Shown here piece by piece: positions 8,062-15,164 of a stretch of DNA of 15,164 nt; within the stretch, counting starts at the first letter, position 1; every line of letters begins with the position of its first letter. The notes under the pieces were generated by a model. That model worked only from the letters and a program-made list of their open reading frames with translations. It made no database searches and was not told the origin of the DNA. This stretch comes from an uncultured Fibrobacterales bacterium (GTDB lineage Bacteria > Fibrobacterota > Fibrobacteria > Fibrobacterales > CAWVXU01). A program made the translations under genes and the position numbers. The stretch spans positions 1 through 15,164 of the forward strand of contig CAWVXU010000063.1 of assembly GCA_963934255.1 (NCBI GenBank). The letters run 5' to 3'.

Positions 8062-9123
8062 TTACGATTGAATTTGCAAGAGTTCTTTTTGAATTCCTTT
8101 GAGGTCTTCGAACTTTTCTTCTCGCAGTGCTGAGAATTTTTCACATAAAAGTCCAATCTCACGACTGACAAGAGGGCCGGCTGTGAGTGCTTGAGGCAGA
8201 ATCTCCTCGAGGCGATTGATGTCTTCAGGAAAAGGATAGTCAGTCATGAAGCGTCTAAATAATTCAAAGTCAGTTTCTGGATGGTCAAAATGATGTAAGA
8301 CAACGGGAACAAATTTTTGGAATAAAAACTCTGAAAGTGAGCCATTATAATCTTTATAATTGGTGCCTTGAAGAGTCGTTTTAACGGAGGTTAAAATTTC
8401 TTGAGCACTTTGACCTTCAGGTAATTGATGGACTTCATGAGAGTTGGATTGTTGAGAACTCAAATCGCTTGCTTGAATTTCGCTTGAATGGGTGTCATCC
8501 AAAGCTGAGTCAACGAGGGCTGAATCGAGTAAGGTATCAATCTGGGAATGGATAATTTGAGTGTTTTGTTCTTTAAATGTAGCCTGATACATCATCGGGA
8601 ATGTTGTGGTGCTCAATTGAGCATTGTGGGCGCTCGAAAACTCTCCCATAAAGTAAATATCTGCATCCTCAGCAAGAATCTCTTCTTCGGACTCAAAGTG
8701 CCCAATTTGCGCCGGTACAGGAATGACTTCAATGTGAGATAATTGTGATAATTTCTCTAAAATATCTTCTTGACTCAGACTTTGAGATTGCTCGGTAATT
8801 TCTTCCAAAAATTCTGTTAAATCAGCGCTTTCTTCTGAATTTATCTGCCCTTGAGTGTCAATTTCTTCTATTTCAACCGAAAAATCAACGGAATCTGAGC
8901 TTGACGCCTTTAAATCCTCTAAAAAAGATTTCATGTCTGAATCACGAGTATAGTCCCCAATAACGGCTAAAATTCCATTGGTTATAAGCTGATGAAAGGG
9001 CATAGACCCTTGATTTTGGCCTTCAGGGGGGATATTTAACACTTTTGCATAGGCGATGACTTTCCCCATCAATTGATTGGGATTGCCTTTTTTTTGTTCA
9101 ATATTAAAGAAATTTTGCTTCAT
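8062..9123 (-). CDS. Acidic hypothetical cytoplasmic protein with a possible C-terminal UVR (UvrB/UvrC)-like coiled-coil motif
   Basis: 353-aa ORF with no signal peptide or TM segment. E/D/S/Q-rich linkers. Ends LCEKFSALREEKFEDLKGIQKELLQIQS. AAAGGA lies upstream of the ATG on the minus strand. Confidence 0.75.
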   Translation of the reverse strand: MKQNFFNIEQKKGNPNQLMGKVIAYAKVLNIPPEGQNQGSMPFHQLITNGILAVIGDYTRDSDMKSFLEDLKASSSDSVDFSVEIEEIDTQGQINSEESADLTEFLEEITEQSQSLSQEDILEKLSQLSHIEVIPVPAQIGHFESEEEILAEDADIYFMGEFSSAHNAQLSTTTFPMMYQATFKEQNTQIIHSQIDTLLDSALVDSALDDTHSSEIQASDLSSQQSNSHEVHQLPEGQSAQEILTSVKTTLQGTNYKDYNGSLSEFLFQKFVPVVLHHFDHPETDFELFRRFMTDYPFPEDINRLEEILPQALTAGPLVSREIGLLCEKFSALREEKFEDLKGIQKELLQIQS

Positions 9124-9199
9124 GCATATAAATATAATCCTTTATCTGCCTTTCAAGTTTTCATTAAGTTCTCTATCTTTAATTTTATTGTTATAAGTG

Positions 9200-9234
9200 T
9201 TTCCCTTAAATTGATGTATTAAGGGAAATGGAGG
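9200..9234 (+). promoter_or_regulatory. 10-bp perfect inverted repeat followed by the ompA RBS
   Basis: TTTCCCTTAA (9200-9209), 9-nt spacer, TTAAGGGAAA (9219-9228), then GGAGG (9230-9234) and ATG 9241. An extended -10-like TGtTATAAG lies at 9189-9197. Confidence 0.55.
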
Positions 9235-9240
9235 CAAAAT

Positions 9241-11304
9241 ATGTCAAAAAAATTAATCGTAGGTCTTATTGTTTTCGCTTTCACTGGAAGTCTTCTTGCT
9301 AGCCCAAATTTGTATGGTAGCCGTGGAACAATGCGCACGCATTCAGCTAAAACTATTGGAAATGGCAAACTCAGCGCAGGTGTTTCTATAGAGGGTTCAA
9401 TTGACGAAAATAAACTCGTCGATAATAGTTTCTTTTCCGTAGATAGTTCTCGTGTTGCGCAGGATGCTGATGGCAACTTGATATTTGATTCAGAGGGTTG
9501 GATTCAACGTGGCGCCCAAGACCCTAGTGCCCCAGACCCTACTGCCCAAGATCTAAATGCTCCTCGAGTTTCGCGTGACTCAGTTACCGTCACTGAAGTC
9601 GACGACTTTACGGCTCGCGCCTTTCTCGCAATCGGTCTTTCAAACTTTTTTGATGTAGGTGTTGCGGCTCCTTACCATATTGATCGTATTAATTCACTAG
9701 ACGCCGAAAGTATGAATGATCTAGGCACTGTCTCTGGCAGCGGCCTAGGCGATATTGAGGTTTGGGGTAAATTACAATACCCTCCTTATGAGCATGACCC
9801 TACTTTTGATATGGCACTTTTTGCCATGTTCACATTCCCCACGGGTGATACTCAAAAGGGCTTTGTGCCTAAAGAGATTTATTACATACCAGGTCAACCA
9901 ACTGACCCAACGCTTCGCGGAACTGAAGATTATGATCCAAAATACTTCTCAAGTGGGCAAATTACAGCGACTTTATTGATGCTTTGGACTTTAGACTTCT
10001 ATCACCTTAATCGTGAATTCCCACTAGAGGTGAATCTAAATTATGGCATTACGACGACTGTTAAAAAGAACCTTGATAATGTATTTGTTTTAAATGCCTC
10101 ACTTCTTTATCACTTGAACGATATCGTTGGTTGGTATGGTGAATTTGCTGGTCAAACTCGATTCTCAAAATTTGAGAATGGATTTGAATTGGGTGCAGAC
10201 CCGATGTATTTCAACACCGGCTTCCAAGTTAACACCCCGAATGGTGCCTTCTTTAGTGTAGGTATTGACTTTGGTATTTCTCAACCAGGTGTTGCTGATT
10301 TAGATACCCTGTCAATCGATAATAGCTCCACTGCAGATGATGGCATGTTCACTTATTACCAAATCCAACCAGTGACAAACACTGCTTTTACTGCAATTGT
10401 CGGCTGGGAGGGTCACCTAGTTGCCCAAGATAAAGACCGTGATGGGATTAACGATGCAGAAGATGCCTGTCCTGACTCACCAGAGGATCTTGATGCATAT
10501 GAAGATTATGATGGATGTCCTGAAGATGACAATGACCGTGACGAAATTGAAGATTACCTAGACAAGTGTCCAATGGATCCGGAAGATGTTGATGGCTTTG
10601 AAGACGAAGATGGTTGCCCTGATCGTGATAATGACCAAGATGGTATCAATGATTCCAAAGACGAATGTCCGATGGACCCAGAAGACCTTAATCAATTTGA
10701 AGATGACGATGGTTGTCCTGAATCAATGAAAGACACTGATGGCGACGGAATCCCTGATGTACGAGATCGTTGTGTAGATGTTAAAGAAGACATGGATACA
10801 TTCGAAGACTTTGACGGTTGTCCTGAGAAAGACAATGATAATGATGGCATTGATGATGATCAAGACAAATGTCCGAATAAAGCTGAAATCATGAATGGTT
10901 TTGAAGACGAAGATGGTTGCCCTGATATGAAGCCTCAACCTAAGAAAAAGCCAATGGCTAAGAAGGCAAAAATTGTTCTTCATGGTGTGACTTTTGAATC
11001 AGGTAAATCAATACTAAAAGAAACATCTTTTGAGAAATTAGCCGGAGTTGCCCAAACTCTTTTAGAAAACCCTGAGGTGGTGATTGAAATATCTGGACAC
11101 ACAGATAATCGTGGCTCTAAGAAACTCAATAAAAAGCTATCACTCGCACGTGCTCAATCAGTTGTTGATTACTTAATCTCTGAAGGCGTTGGTAAAAACC
11201 AATTGTCTTCAAAAGGTTATGGACCATCTAAACCAGTAGAAACCAATCGTACAGCTGATGGCCGCGCCAAAAATCGTCGTATTGAGATGATGAGAGTAAA
11301 ATAA
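9241..11304 (+). CDS. OmpA-family outer-membrane protein: signal peptide, putative beta-barrel, TSP3-like Ca-binding repeats, C-terminal peptidoglycan-binding domain
   Basis: Signal peptide MSKKLIVGLIVFAFTGSLLA|S, amphipathic beta-strands and five DxDxDG..D.CP...D.DGCP units. OmpA_C motifs VTFESGKS, GHTDNRG, LSLARAQSV, GYG and NRRIE. Strong RBS. Confidence 0.93.
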   Translation: MSKKLIVGLIVFAFTGSLLASPNLYGSRGTMRTHSAKTIGNGKLSAGVSIEGSIDENKLVDNSFFSVDSSRVAQDADGNLIFDSEGWIQRGAQDPSAPDPTAQDLNAPRVSRDSVTVTEVDDFTARAFLAIGLSNFFDVGVAAPYHIDRINSLDAESMNDLGTVSGSGLGDIEVWGKLQYPPYEHDPTFDMALFAMFTFPTGDTQKGFVPKEIYYIPGQPTDPTLRGTEDYDPKYFSSGQITATLLMLWTLDFYHLNREFPLEVNLNYGITTTVKKNLDNVFVLNASLLYHLNDIVGWYGEFAGQTRFSKFENGFELGADPMYFNTGFQVNTPNGAFFSVGIDFGISQPGVADLDTLSIDNSSTADDGMFTYYQIQPVTNTAFTAIVGWEGHLVAQDKDRDGINDAEDACPDSPEDLDAYEDYDGCPEDDNDRDEIEDYLDKCPMDPEDVDGFEDEDGCPDRDNDQDGINDSKDECPMDPEDLNQFEDDDGCPESMKDTDGDGIPDVRDRCVDVKEDMDTFEDFDGCPEKDNDNDGIDDDQDKCPNKAEIMNGFEDEDGCPDMKPQPKKKPMAKKAKIVLHGVTFESGKSILKETSFEKLAGVAQTLLENPEVVIEISGHTDNRGSKKLNKKLSLARAQSVVDYLISEGVGKNQLSSKGYGPSKPVETNRTADGRAKNRRIEMMRVK
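9514..9558 (+). repeat. Three tandem imperfect 15-bp repeats within the ompA-like gene
   Basis: GCCCAAGACCCTAGT / GCCCCAGACCCTACT / GCCCAAGATCTAAAT, encoding AQDPS-APDPT-AQDLN. Confidence 0.75.
10429..10926 (+). repeat. Five ~33-aa (~99-bp) thrombospondin type-3-like repeats
   Basis: Units begin DKDRDG, DNDRDE, DNDQDG, DTDGDG and DNDNDG. Each has two Cys and a DGCP near its end. The units are degenerate at nucleotide level. Confidence 0.9.
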
Positions 11305-11370
11305 ATTTCGCCTTTATTTGAGTTGAACCCTTCGTTTTGGCTTCAGCTTGAATGTGAGCGTATTCAATTC

Positions 11371-11409
11371 AAAAGACTGCTCTTATCAATATAAGGGCAG
11401 TCTTTTTTT
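11371..11409 (+). terminator. Rho-independent terminator after the ompA-like gene
   Basis: AAAAGACTGCTCTTAT (11371-11386), loop CAAT, ATAAGGGCAGTCTTTT (11391-11406) with one G-U pair; run of 7 T at 11403-11409. Confidence 0.85.
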
Positions 11410-11422
11410 CTAGGAGTTCTAA

Positions 11423-12304
11423 GTGGCCCAAATCTTTGATGAAAATGTTCTGTATATCGTAAGCACGCCTATAGGTAACTTAGACGATATGACATTTAGA
11501 GCCGTGGCAGTGCTTAAAGAAGCCACATTGATCTTATGTGAAGACACTAGGCATTCTAGGCCTTTACTCAAGCACTTTGGCGTAGAGACTAAGAGCCGTT
11601 CTTACCATGATTATAACAAAGAAAAGGTGAGTGAGCAATACGTCAAGCACATCCAAGAAGTGGGCTCTATTGCGCTTATTTCGGACGCAGGGACTCCGGC
11701 TGTGGCAGACCCCGGATTCTTCCTCACAAGAGAAGCAATTCGAGCTGGTGTGAAGGTCGTTCCTATACCGGGCGCTAGTGCAGTGCTGACTGGCTTGGTT
11801 GCATCTGGTATGCCAACGGATCGTTTTCGTTTTGAAAATTTTGCAGCTAAGAAATCAAGTGGACGACTTCGCCAGTTTGAAGAATTAAAGACAGCCGACT
11901 CAACTGTCGCTATGTACTTATCTCCTCATCATCTGCTCAAAGTTTTAGATGAGTTAAATGAAGTTTATGGTGATATACAAATCGTCTTGGCGCGTGAACT
12001 CACTAAGAAATACGAGGAATTTTTACGAGGAACTCCGGCTGAATTATTAATTCATTATGAGGAGCGCTCACCCAAAGGTGAATATGTATTGTATTACGAT
12101 CCAAGAAATAAATCAGGTCTCGACTTGAATACAGATTCAAATTCTCATTTTGAAACCATAATGTTTCCCCCTACAAAAGTCTTAGATGAAGTAGATATCA
12201 AAACTGAGGATGAGACTAAGGATTCAACTCATGAAAAAAAATCAAAATTTGATCCATCAAAACCCAAGCCTCAGTCAAAGTACGCTAGAAAAAAGGAATC
12301 GTAG
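11423..12304 (+). CDS. rsmI: 16S rRNA (cytidine-1402-2'-O)-methyltransferase with a charged C-terminal tail
   Basis: LYIVSTPIGNLDDMTFRA, CEDTR, SDAGTPAVADPG, PIPGASA, ARELTKKYEE and KGEYV. GTG start after AGGAG (11412-11416). Confidence 0.93.
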   Translation: MAQIFDENVLYIVSTPIGNLDDMTFRAVAVLKEATLILCEDTRHSRPLLKHFGVETKSRSYHDYNKEKVSEQYVKHIQEVGSIALISDAGTPAVADPGFFLTREAIRAGVKVVPIPGASAVLTGLVASGMPTDRFRFENFAAKKSSGRLRQFEELKTADSTVAMYLSPHHLLKVLDELNEVYGDIQIVLARELTKKYEEFLRGTPAELLIHYEERSPKGEYVLYYDPRNKSGLDLNTDSNSHFETIMFPPTKVLDEVDIKTEDETKDSTHEKKSKFDPSKPKPQSKYARKKES

Positions 12305-14329
12305 TTGAAAAATCTTATGGTTCAGATGTGGCAACTGAAAGTTCGCGCACCGAAGCGTTTTTATATGAGTCTAGTCGTTTTTGTGCTCGGTTTTGTTCTA
12401 AGCTCGACCTCCAACTTAATCGGCTCATTCTTAAAAGATTTCGCCTTAGGTAGTTCTTTTTTAAATCTTATAGAACTTTCAAATACCAACTTGATTGAGT
12501 CCCTCTTGAAATCATTACCGGGAGGAAGTTCGGTTGCTGAAAAGTTTCATCTGAGGGTTTGGGATTTATTGTTATTTGTCCCATTTCTAATGCTATGGAA
12601 AAACGCCACACTTATTCGTGGAACCATACTGTGGGTTGGGCTTTTTAATTTAATCTTTTTGCATCTATTTTATACCACTAATCAAGTCGTTATCATACCT
12701 GCTCTTTTACTGGGGTGGGGCTTAGGTTTTGTCTACATGGGCATTGCGCTTTTGCGTGGAAGCTACAGACACTTTAAAGATTCTACTTACAGGAAATATT
12801 TTTTACTCAGCTTGAGTTCATGGATCTTACTTGCACTTTGTTACCCACCACTACCTTTGGGTTATCTTGTCTTTGTGGTTCTTGTGCCCTGGATGTGGGC
12901 AATGTCCAAAGTGACGAGAACCCAAGCGATCACGATCAGTTTTTGGAGTGGCTTTGTTCACAATGCCATCATGTATTATTGGATTAAAAATGTGATCGCA
13001 GTCGGTCCTGGCGCGGTCGTTGCAATTGGTCTAGCCATGTTACTTTCTTGGTTCGCACTTTTTAGTATTATGAGTGCGCTTTTCTTTAGACGTAGTATTT
13101 CATGGGGCAAAAACGGCGTAGGTGGATTTATTATTTTCCCACTACTCTTTGTTGGCATTGAAGTTGTACGCACCTTTGGCGATATTTCTTTCCCATGGGC
13201 TCATATTGCCTACACACTTGGTGATATAGAAGAGATGATTCAAGTGTCAGCTTGGATCGGTGTCTTTGGCATGAGTGTACTTATCGCACTGACGAATTAC
13301 TTTGTTTTTTGGGTACTCAATAAAAACAGTCATTTGATGAATAATAAATCGGCTAAGATAAAAGTTGGATTAACGGCTCTGTCATTACCGGTTGTCCTCG
13401 TTGTGGCTCTCTATGTCTTTGGTTGGAATGTACTAGACAATGCAACCCTGAGTAATGACACTGCGAAAGTTGTTCTCGTTCAACCGTCTATTTTACAAAG
13501 TCAAAAATGGGATCGAAAATATTATATGGCTCATATGGATAAGACATATGATTTGATTGAAGATGAACGTCACCACGACGCTGATTTGATTGTTTTACCA
13601 GAAACAGCCATACCTAATTACAAAAGATTTGCTCGCAGAGAATTAAACAAACTCAGGCAATTAGTTCAAAGATATCAAGCGCCCTTGTTTACGGGGATTT
13701 TAGATTATGACAAAAAAGGCCCACCGGGTCGAGTTTATAATTTTTACAATACGGGAATAACACTTCGTCCTGACAAATCCGAAGACTCTTATTCTAAAAT
13801 TCGTTTAGTACCCTTTTCTGAAAAGCTCCCCTGGGACGACTTATTTCCTGTGCTAAATTATGTGAATTTGGGCGAAGGTGATTTTAGACCAGGCACTGAA
13901 ACTCCAGTTTATGATGAGATCAAATGGACGCCTAATATTTGTTATGAAACAATATACCCTAGTTTCGTCCGAGGAAACATTAGATCAGGAGCAAGGTTAA
14001 TTATTAACATCACGAATGATGGTTGGTTTGGAAGAAGCACTGCACCTTATCAACATCTTAATTTGGTTAAGTTCAGAGCTGTTGAAAATGGAATCCCTAT
14101 TGCACGAGTTGCCAATACAGGTATCTCTGCTTTTGTAGATGAGTATGGACGAATCAGACAACAGACGAATCTTTTTGAGACCTTATCCATTGTTGATGAG
14201 ATTCCACTCAAATCAAGAGACACTCTCTACAGTCGCATAGGTGATACAGTAGAAGACATACTTTTTTATATAGGCTTGCTACTCTTTGTTGTCATTTTAT
14301 TTCAGAACATCTGGTTGCGTAAAAAATAA
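12305..14329 (+). CDS. lnt: Apolipoprotein N-acyltransferase with a ~160-aa N-terminal membrane extension
   Basis: Nitrilase-fold triad motifs LPETA (E), YSKIRLVPFSE (K) and ICYE (C). Also FPW, VQPS, TNDGWFG, QHL, RAVENG and ANTGISA. TTG start 7 nt after AAGGA (12293-12297). Confidence 0.93.
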   Translation: MKNLMVQMWQLKVRAPKRFYMSLVVFVLGFVLSSTSNLIGSFLKDFALGSSFLNLIELSNTNLIESLLKSLPGGSSVAEKFHLRVWDLLLFVPFLMLWKNATLIRGTILWVGLFNLIFLHLFYTTNQVVIIPALLLGWGLGFVYMGIALLRGSYRHFKDSTYRKYFLLSLSSWILLALCYPPLPLGYLVFVVLVPWMWAMSKVTRTQAITISFWSGFVHNAIMYYWIKNVIAVGPGAVVAIGLAMLLSWFALFSIMSALFFRRSISWGKNGVGGFIIFPLLFVGIEVVRTFGDISFPWAHIAYTLGDIEEMIQVSAWIGVFGMSVLIALTNYFVFWVLNKNSHLMNNKSAKIKVGLTALSLPVVLVVALYVFGWNVLDNATLSNDTAKVVLVQPSILQSQKWDRKYYMAHMDKTYDLIEDERHHDADLIVLPETAIPNYKRFARRELNKLRQLVQRYQAPLFTGILDYDKKGPPGRVYNFYNTGITLRPDKSEDSYSKIRLVPFSEKLPWDDLFPVLNYVNLGEGDFRPGTETPVYDEIKWTPNICYETIYPSFVRGNIRSGARLIINITNDGWFGRSTAPYQHLNLVKFRAVENGIPIARVANTGISAFVDEYGRIRQQTNLFETLSIVDEIPLKSRDTLYSRIGDTVEDILFYIGLLLFVVILFQNIWLRKK

Positions 14330-14338
14330 ATTTGTCAT

Positions 14339-15163
14339 TTACTTTTTGGCTACAGCTAGCCACGCGTGAAGTTCATATTCACCCAGTGTTAAATTCTTTT
14401 TCAAAAACGCGATTGCTTTTTTGGAAAGTTTTTTCCAGTCTCTAGTTGGCATTGCAAGTTTCATCAGGGCGATCGGTGCATTACCAATGACCATTTGATT
14501 CCAAAATACATCAGCGTCTTCCACCATCGTTGTAATGGTCAATTGATGAATCTCCACTTCGTTAAAGCCAGCCTCATTAAATTCAGCGGTAATATTTGAA
14601 GGAACTTCAAAGGGGTTGCTAATCTTTGGTGGTTCTTCCATCTGAGGATTCACATGCATCATTGTTGTCATGAGTAATTTGAATAAAGTGTTTTCGTGCC
14701 GAGGTAGCCAGCTAGAAACCATCGCAGTACCACCTGGTTTTAATGTCCTGTGAAGTTCTCTTAAACCTTGAACTCGATCGGCAAAAAACATCAATCCAAA
14801 CATTGAGGCTGCTAGGTCAAATTCTTCATTTGCAAACGGCAGGTCTTCACCGCTGGCCTGATGATATTCAATGTTGTCAATATTTTGATCTTGTATGTTT
14901 TGTGCTAAAAGATTGACCATGTTAATCGAAAAATCAATTGCTTGTATCTTAGCGACTTGCGGGCTTGCTAGCAGGGCTAGAGTCCCTGGACCACAGGCGA
15001 CATCTAGCACGTAATCGGATTCTTTTAAATCCACCAAACGCAGGGCTTGACTAGAATATTGGGCAACCATAGGCTGAGTGACTTCAGCGTAGCCTGAGGA
15101 AACTAAATCCCAAGGTTCTGGCCTGGCAAGTACAGATGTTTTGCGCTGAGGATTGTTGCCATT
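14339..15163 (-). CDS. Class I SAM-dependent methyltransferase (UbiE-like/Methyltransf_25-type fold); 5' end lies outside the window
   Basis: VLDVACGPG, AIDFS, LPFANEEFD, FGLMFF and LKPGG. The frame stays open upstream of ATG 15070 to the window edge (NGNNPQRKTSVLARPEPWDLVSSGYAEVTQPM), which includes the W...Y N-terminal helix typical of such enzymes. Confidence 0.88.
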   Translation of the reverse strand, partial: NGNNPQRKTSVLARPEPWDLVSSGYAEVTQPMVAQYSSQALRLVDLKESDYVLDVACGPGTLALLASPQVAKIQAIDFSINMVNLLAQNIQDQNIDNIEYHQASGEDLPFANEEFDLAASMFGLMFFADRVQGLRELHRTLKPGGTAMVSSWLPRHENTLFKLLMTTMMHVNPQMEEPPKISNPFEVPSNITAEFNEAGFNEVEIHQLTITTMVEDADVFWNQMVIGNAPIALMKLAMPTRDWKKLSKKAIAFLKKNLTLGEYELHAWLAVAKK

Positions 15164-15164
15164 G

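Noticed and set aside
10429..10926. Periodic ~99-bp repeats considered as a CRISPR array or non-coding repeat array
   Set aside because: They are in-frame coding repeats conserved at protein level with synonymous divergence; no identical repeats with unique spacers and no cas genes.
7980..13173. Small ORFs 7980-8171, 8548-8742, 9219-9476, 9755-9979, 10723-10983 and 12976-13173
   Set aside because: All lie largely inside longer, better-supported CDSs. The hydrophobic look of 10723-10983 is just the antisense of GAT/GAC-rich repeats.
1..15164. Genome-wide stop-codon reassignment (TAG or TGA)
   Set aside because: Conserved genes are uninterrupted in code 11. TAG ends the lpxH-like gene at about the expected length, and TGA ends korA in a normal ATGA overlap.
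1..15164. A single new multi-gene system, defence island, prophage or mobile element
   Set aside because: Genes alternate strands and belong to unrelated housekeeping pathways. No integrase, transposase, nuclease, reverse transcriptase, att site or tRNA was seen. The envelope genes (lpxH, ompA, lnt) are not all in one operon.

Overview
AT-rich bacterial chromosomal window, standard genetic code, very gene-dense and mostly housekeeping, envelope or central-metabolism genes. In order: an exported hypothetical protein (-), an LpxH-like metallophosphoesterase (+), a stand-alone PTS EIIA (-), aroD (-), an exported TPR-like protein (+), a two-subunit 2-oxoacid:ferredoxin oxidoreductase operon with terminator (+), an alpha/beta hydrolase (+), an acidic hypothetical protein with a UVR-like C-terminus (-), a large OmpA-family protein with thrombospondin type-3-like repeats and terminator (+), rsmI and lnt (+), and a class I SAM methyltransferase that runs off the right edge (-). 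The host is a diderm LPS-type bacterium. An FCB/Fibrobacterota-like affiliation is only my impression from protein style. I see no mobile element, CRISPR array, tRNA/rRNA or defence system, and no clear new multi-gene system. The best leads are: an Lnt with an apparently duplicated N-terminal membrane module, abutting rsmI in frame across one TAG; an atypical RsmI; structured non-coding flanks on both sides of ompA; and an unknown acidic protein ending in a UVR-like motif.
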